Below, piece by piece: positions 59,036-64,000 of a DNA stretch of 64,000 nucleotides. The position numbers were made by a program, and so were the translations under genes. The stretch is from Nitrospinales bacterium (GTDB taxonomy: Bacteria; Nitrospinota; Nitrospinia; Nitrospinales; VA-1): NCBI GenBank assembly GCA_965223345.1, contig CBDCWG010000012.1, forward strand, positions 2,144,001 to 2,208,000. Reading direction: 5' to 3'. The notes beneath the pieces were generated by a model. It did no database searches. It was not told the DNA's origin and worked only from the letters and a program-made list of their open reading frames with translations. Numbering within the stretch: the stretch's first letter is position 1; the number at the start of each line of letters is the position of its first letter.

Positions 59036-60757
59036 TCAAGTGCGTTCGTTCAGGGTGACGCGCAGGATCTCTCCCACGGTGGTGATCCCCTGGATGACTT
59101 TTTTCCAGCCGTCTTCCCGGAGTGTCGTCATTCCGGTTTTGCGCGCGGCCTCGCGGATGGCCTGGGCGCTGGCCTTCTGTAAAATTAACTGACGGACGGC
59201 GTCGTCCACGATGAGCAATTCGTAAATGCCGGCCCGGCCGCGGAATCCGGTGTGGCTGCAATGTTTGCAGCCTTTGCCTTCGTAGACCGTCGCACCCGGC
59301 TTGGCGAACGGGCCCATTTCCTCGAGCAGGGCGGGGCTGAGTGTGGCCGGTGCTTTGCATTCGGGGCAGATCACGCGCACCAGCCGCTGGGCCAGAACCC
59401 CCAGCAGCGCCGAGGAGATGAGGAAATTTTCGATGCCCATGTCCAAAAGCCGGGTGATCGCGCCCGCCGCGTCGTTGGTGTGCACGGTGCTGAACACGAG
59501 ATGGCCGGTGAGCGCCGCCTGAATGGCGATCTCAGCGGTCTCGGGATCGCGCACCTCGCCGATCATGATGACGTCCGGGTCCTGCCGCACGATGGAGCGC
59601 AGGCCGCTGGCGAAGGTGAGGCCGATCTGCGGTTTGACGTGGATCTGGTTGATGCCGCGCATCTGGTATTCCACCGGATCCTCGACGGTGATGATTTTCT
59701 TGTCGGGCGTGTTGATCCGGTCGAGGGCGGCGTACAGGGTGGTGGTCTTGCCGCTGCCGGTGGGGCCGGTGACCAGCAGCTTGCCGTAGGGTTTGTGGAT
59801 CAGGTTTTCGAGCTGTTCGCGTTCCTTTGCGGGAAAGCCCAGGTGGTCGAGGTCCACCTTCAGGTTGCCGCGGTCGAGCACGCGCATGACCACGCTCTCG
59901 CCGTGCAGCGTGGGCAACGTCGAGACGCGCAGATCGACGTCCTTGCCCATGACTTTCATCTTGATGCGGCCGTCCTGCGGCAGCCGGCGCTCGGAGATGT
60001 CGAGTTTCGCCATGATCTTGATGCGCGTGCCGATAGCGGAGTGCAGTTTCTTGGGCGGCGATTCGAATTCGTGCAGGATGCCGTCGATGCGGTAGCGCAG
60101 GATGAGATCGTCTGCGAAGGGTTCGAGATGGATGTCGCTGGCGCGCATCTCGATGGCCTGGGAGAGGATGTGGTTGACCAGCTTGATGACCGGCGCTTCC
60201 GAGGCCATGTCGCGGATGTGCTCGGTGCTTTCCGCATCCGCATCGAGATCCTGTATGTCCTCGTCCTGGATTTTTTCCACCATGCGGTCCATGGCGGAGC
60301 CGCCTTCACCGTAATGCATCTCGATGTGCTGCACGATGTCCTGCTCGCTGGCGAGGGCGACGCGGATCTTTTTGCCGAGCGTCACCGTCAGGTTTTCCAG
60401 CGTGCCGCGGTCGAAAGGATCGAAGACGGCGACGGTCAGGGTGTCGTCATCCAGTTTCAGAGGCAGCAGGGTTTTTTCACGCAGAAACGTTTCCGGAATG
60501 TTGAGGCCGGCCACCGGCAGCGTGTAGCGGGAAAAATCCTCGGATTGCAGATAGGGCAGGCTCAACTCGGCGCTCAGGGTTTCCAGCAGCGTCTGCACGT
60601 AGATGTAGCCGTGGTCGGCGAGCGTCTTGCCGAGATATTTGCCGGTGTGGATGCGGGTCTCCTTCACCTCCTTGAGCGCCTTTTCGGAGATCTTGTTGTG
60701 GCGCAGAAGGATGCGTTCCACCGGATCGGTTTTTTTGAGTTTTGACATCGTTGTCAC
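59036..60757 (-). CDS. gspE: Type II secretion ATPase
   Basis: ASDIHLEP, RLPQDGR, GPTGSGKTTT, TVEDPVE, RQDPDVIMIGEVRD, tetra-Cys motif. Confidence 0.95.
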   Translation of the reverse strand: MTTMSKLKKTDPVERILLRHNKISEKALKEVKETRIHTGKYLGKTLADHGYIYVQTLLETLSAELSLPYLQSEDFSRYTLPVAGLNIPETFLREKTLLPLKLDDDTLTVAVFDPFDRGTLENLTVTLGKKIRVALASEQDIVQHIEMHYGEGGSAMDRMVEKIQDEDIQDLDADAESTEHIRDMASEAPVIKLVNHILSQAIEMRASDIHLEPFADDLILRYRIDGILHEFESPPKKLHSAIGTRIKIMAKLDISERRLPQDGRIKMKVMGKDVDLRVSTLPTLHGESVVMRVLDRGNLKVDLDHLGFPAKEREQLENLIHKPYGKLLVTGPTGSGKTTTLYAALDRINTPDKKIITVEDPVEYQMRGINQIHVKPQIGLTFASGLRSIVRQDPDVIMIGEVRDPETAEIAIQAALTGHLVFSTVHTNDAAGAITRLLDMGIENFLISSALLGVLAQRLVRVICPECKAPATLSPALLEEMGPFAKPGATVYEGKGCKHCSHTGFRGRAGIYELLIVDDAVRQLILQKASAQAIREAARKTGMTTLREDGWKKVIQGITTVGEILRVTLNERT

Positions 60758-61554
60758 CTGCCGGAAATACGCGGCCGCGGGATGCCCACGGGCCGTTTTT
60801 TTTGCGTCTTATTTTTGTTCGCAGCGGCCGGTGGCATCGCCGCGCCGGAGATGCGGATCGAACGTGCGGTCGGGATGCGACGGGGCTGGTGCGTCGGCCG
60901 CGGCATCGGCGCGACCCGTTTTTTAGGCTGCTGGATCGCCCGGATCGTGCCCGGGTTGAACGAAGCGCTTTTCTGCGTGAACGCGTTGCCGTTTCTCTGG
61001 ATGGGGTCGCCGGTCCCTTTCTTCGCGAGTTTCAGGCGCAGCGTCGCGCCGCGCTGGTTGTCGAGGATCGCTTCGGTTTTGTCGATGCGCGCCAGCCGGT
61101 ATTCGCCTATCTGGGCGCCAAGCGGGTAGCCCTTGCGCTTGACCGGTTTTTTCCTGATGGAACGGTTCGCTTCCAGCACGCTCAGGTTGCCTTCGAGAAA
61201 GGCGAGGGGTTTGCCGGGCAGCAGCATCACGCCGGTCAGCTTGAGGTCGGGCGGCGGCACCCGCGGTGGCGGCGGAGCGGCGGGGCGGGGCGGGGGAGGA
61301 GGCGCTGCGGGGGGCGTGTGGTCCCTTCTTTCCTTGCGGAACAGGTTGGACTGAACGATGGACTGGATCACGCCGGGATGATACGGGTTGTTGCCGACCG
61401 GGATGACCTGCGGTGGGGCCGGCTGCGGGGACGCCGCCTCGGCGGGGATGTCGAGCGAATATTGGGGGTGGGTCCAGGTGCGGACGGACAGAAACAGCAA
61501 AAACCCGATGACGCCCAAAAGGATGCAATTGAGGGTGGTGGCGATCTTTCGCAA
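60754..61554 (-). CDS. GspC-like Pro-rich bitopic protein
   Basis: TM, NLFRKER, Pro run, LKLTGV, GAQIGEY; first gene of operon; TTG start at 61554 is a guess (ORF open to 61647). Confidence 0.6.
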   Translation of the reverse strand: MRKIATTLNCILLGVIGFLLFLSVRTWTHPQYSLDIPAEAASPQPAPPQVIPVGNNPYHPGVIQSIVQSNLFRKERRDHTPPAAPPPPPRPAAPPPPRVPPPDLKLTGVMLLPGKPLAFLEGNLSVLEANRSIRKKPVKRKGYPLGAQIGEYRLARIDKTEAILDNQRGATLRLKLAKKGTGDPIQRNGNAFTQKSASFNPGTIRAIQQPKKRVAPMPRPTHQPRRIPTARSIRISGAAMPPAAANKNKTQKKRPVGIPRPRISGR

Positions 61555-61855
61555 GAAAATGCCCCGCTCTGAAATTAAATCGATGATATTATTGAATTTT
61601 CCGCCCGGCGCGCTGACGCACACCCTGGAAACCGTGTTTCCGGGCACAGCTCCACACCCTTTTGTCTCGGATGTTCGGAGTGAAAACTTTACTTTATTTT
61701 CAAGGAGATGCGTGCGTGTCGGCGGGGTGGAAAAGAGGCAAATTTTTCCACTTTTGTTGCCTGAGTGGGAAAAAAGAGATCGTTGAAAATTTAAAAATGC
61801 TGAATTAAATTTTCTTTGTTTAAATTATATTCAAATTCATTTTTCGGGGGCGGCG

Positions 61856-62218
61856 GTGAGCGAGCAGCAATTGCTGGTGGAAGTGAAAAAACAGGTGCCG
61901 TTTCGGGTGTACGGCAAGGGGCCGGTGCTGGATCTGTTGCGGGAGATGGGGCATTTCGTCAACAAGAAGACGCCGCTCACGGTGACCGATGCGTTCCGTT
62001 CCGACGAGTCGGGCGAGATCGTCTGCGAATTGTCGCTGGAAGGCGGCGGCAGCTGCACGGCGGCGATCACCAATCTGAAGCTCGACATCACGCACCCGCT
62101 TTATCGCAGAGTGAAAAACTACCGCGCCGAGGTGGTGGACGAACTGGCGCAGCAGCAAACGCCGGATGTGAACAAGGCGTCGTTCAAGGTGGGAGATCTG
62201 TACAAGAAGAAAAAGTGA
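61856..62218 (+). CDS. Hypothetical protein
   Basis: 120-aa ORF with host-like codon usage, divergent from gsp operon; no family recognised. Confidence 0.65.
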   Translation: MSEQQLLVEVKKQVPFRVYGKGPVLDLLREMGHFVNKKTPLTVTDAFRSDESGEIVCELSLEGGGSCTAAITNLKLDITHPLYRRVKNYRAEVVDELAQQQTPDVNKASFKVGDLYKKKK

Positions 62219-62299
62219 AACAAGTCTTTGAGTGCGGGAAGGATCGCTCAATGATACAAATCTTAAAACGAATGTATGATTTGGTTTTGTTAAATAAAT

Positions 62300-62716
62300 C
62301 TAAGGTTTCTTTAAGCGATTCAAGGCTTGACGCGCGGTGACGATCGGTATTTTTTTTGCCTTTTTTAAAGACAGCAAATCAGTTTTATCCCCACTGACAA
62401 TAAAATCTGCCTGGGATTGAATGGCTGTTGCTAAAATGGCATTGTCATCCGGGTCCGGTGAAATATCTATGGCAGGAAGAGAGTCGATCACAACAGCCAG
62501 GGCATCGATTTGATCGAGAAAGTCCGCGGATTGATCGGGAGGGATTCTTTCCCGAAGCTTTTTATACTCGAACACGCACCTCAATTCTTCCAATTGAGTT
62601 TTCGATGTGACCAGCTCAAACTTACCTTCCAGCCAAAGCTTTAACAACAAACCCGGCGGACCCGCTTCGGAGAGCAATCCCGAAACGATGACGTTGCTAT
62701 CGAGGACGATGCGCAC
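62300..62716 (-). CDS. PIN domain toxin (VapC-like)
   Basis: MRIVLDSNVIVSG, DPDDNAIL..A, ADFIVSGD..LL. Confidence 0.92.
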   Translation of the reverse strand: MRIVLDSNVIVSGLLSEAGPPGLLLKLWLEGKFELVTSKTQLEELRCVFEYKKLRERIPPDQSADFLDQIDALAVVIDSLPAIDISPDPDDNAILATAIQSQADFIVSGDKTDLLSLKKAKKIPIVTARQALNRLKKP

Positions 62717-62936
62717 GAGCCCACGTCACAGCTTCATTGGCAAGGTTCTTTGCTTCTTTTTCGGTCAGGTCTGAGTTCTGCTCTTGCATATCCATGACTG
62801 TTTGTCGAAGAATCTCGCGCCGCACCGCATCGTTCGCAAACTTTGAAAGGTCGCCTTTCTTGCCGCCCTTACGGGCAAGGAAAGAACGCACGGCCCGATC
62901 GGTTTCGTCCGGTATGCTTAAATTCCAGCGTGTCAT
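62697..62936 (-). CDS. Ribbon-helix-helix antitoxin
   Basis: RWNLSIP beta strand, DLSKFANDAVR; overlaps toxin start. Confidence 0.85.
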   Translation of the reverse strand: MTRWNLSIPDETDRAVRSFLARKGGKKGDLSKFANDAVRREILRQTVMDMQEQNSDLTEKEAKNLANEAVTWARAHRPR

Positions 62937-62951
62937 TTTTTATTCCTTATA

Positions 62952-62973
62952 GATGTTTATGCGCATATGCATC
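62952..62973. promoter_or_regulatory. Putative TA autoregulatory operator
   Basis: Imperfect palindrome GATGTTTATGCGCATATGCATC (9 of 11 pairs) just upstream of the antitoxin. Confidence 0.5.
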
Positions 62974-63189
62974 CATATTACTCTATATTGAGAATCCGGG
63001 CAAGAAATTCAGCCCCGATCAAGTTTGCAACAAAACTACGGAGAAGTGTTTAATTTTGGGGTGATTTGGAAGGTTTCGCAGGCCAAAACCCTAAGACATT
63101 TGGGGGGATCAGGGCTTCGAATGTCAGTGAAAATGGGCTTGAGGTCTGGAGTTCCGGGGAGCTTTAACGATTAAACTTCAGATTCTCAA

Positions 63190-64000
63190 TCAGGCGTTCT
63201 CGGAGTTGATGAACTTTTTGAGGAAGGGGAACATGGCGCCGCGTTTGGTGATCATCTCCTCGCGGGATTTTTTCACCACGTCTTCGTCGATGAGGGCGAT
63301 GCCCCGCTCCTGGGCGAAGCGTTCGATGCCTTTGACGACCATGCCGCGCGCGAACGAGGGGATGCGTTCCAGCCGCTGCTTGGCTTCCGGCGTCCACTCG
63401 GTGTGAAACTCGACTTCCAGGCCGAGCGTGTCTTCGATCTTGAGCGTGATTTCCTTGCCGCCGTGCTGGCCGGGCTCGTAGTCGCAGGAGGTGTCCGGGG
63501 CCATGTAGTTGCCGGTTTCGGCGAACGCGCGGGCGCGGCAGCCGGAGCACATGGCGGAAAACTCGCAGGTGCCGCATTTGCCTTCCAGCTTCTTGCGGTC
63601 GCGCAACTGGCGCATGAGCGGCGCGTTTTCCCACAGGTCCTTGAAGCTGTTGGTCTTGAGGTTGCCCACCGATTCCTCGATGAACGGGCAGGGGGTCAGG
63701 TTGCCTTCCGGCGAGATGCGGCTGTAATGCGTCGCCGCCGGGCAGCCGCCGGAATAGGTGCGGGTGTAGACGGAATCCGGGTCGTTTTCGTACACGACGC
63801 GCTTGTACTGCGGCGCGCACTTGGAGTTGATCATCAGCCGGCCCTTGTACTTCATCTGCTGATCGTACAGGATCTTCAGCGCTTCCTCGTAGGCGGCGTT
63901 GGAGATGTCGGTGTTGCCCTGGCCGCGGCCGGTGCACACGAGAAAGTACAGGTTGAACGCCACCGCGCCGATCTTCTCGGCGAAGGCCACCACGTCCGGG
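63190..64000 (-). CDS. Radical SAM/SPASM protein (NirJ/Ahb-like) with C-terminal PCP_red-like domain; 5' part outside window
   Basis: FLVCTGRG, GGCPAA, TPCP, GKCGTCEFSAMCSGCRARA; tail WTPEAKQRLERIPSFAR..IERFA. Confidence 0.8.
   Translation of the reverse strand, partial: PDVVAFAEKIGAVAFNLYFLVCTGRGQGNTDISNAAYEEALKILYDQQMKYKGRLMINSKCAPQYKRVVYENDPDSVYTRTYSGGCPAATHYSRISPEGNLTPCPFIEESVGNLKTNSFKDLWENAPLMRQLRDRKKLEGKCGTCEFSAMCSGCRARAFAETGNYMAPDTSCDYEPGQHGGKEITLKIEDTLGLEVEFHTEWTPEAKQRLERIPSFARGMVVKGIERFAQERGIALIDEDVVKKSREEMITKRGAMFPFLKKFINSENA

Noticed and set aside
49871..61554. Type IV pilus or competence cluster
   Set aside because: GspG and GspK signatures, gsp gene order and no PilT indicate T2SS

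Overview
GC-rich bacterial chromosomal window of mostly housekeeping, sensory and envelope genes. The gene content (two-subunit ATP-citrate lyase for the reductive TCA cycle, many hybrid kinases, a di-heme peroxidase, a heme-type radical SAM gene) suggests a microaerophilic autotroph, possibly Nitrospinota-like; this is inference, not a database result. Left to right: VWA/kinase/regulator/GNAT cluster; an internally deleted comM/yifB; an AT-rich frameshifted orphan with a HEPN-like RxxxxH motif; a sensory cluster (DUF4399, two near-duplicate hybrid kinases around a solute-binding protein, and an MCP with an Aer2-like PAS); an ATP-grasp/FMN hydroxy-acid dehydrogenase fusion plus an aldolase/lyase directly upstream of aclBA; cbiZ, amrA, polyprenyl synthase; GT2-HEAT; oxyR/dps/cytochrome c peroxidase; manC; ZIP and a heterodimeric ABC exporter; ArsR-SRPBCC; rlpA; an AT-rich trypsin-like protease with three C-terminal repeats; a sulfur-carrier cluster (cysK, thrC-like, MoaD/ThiS carrier, MoeB, cysM-like, ferredoxin); an ArnT/PMT-like transferase; a type II secretion operon (gspC-like, E, F, G, H, I, J, K, L, M, D); an RHH-PIN toxin-antitoxin pair; and a partial radical SAM/SPASM gene. 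I saw no rRNA, tRNA, CRISPR array, integrase or transposase. Best candidates for new biology: the ATP-grasp fusion/aldolase pair next to aclBA, the sulfur-carrier cluster whose carrier is blocked by a GG-AAA tail, the HEPN-like frameshifted gene, and two structured intergenic RNA candidates.
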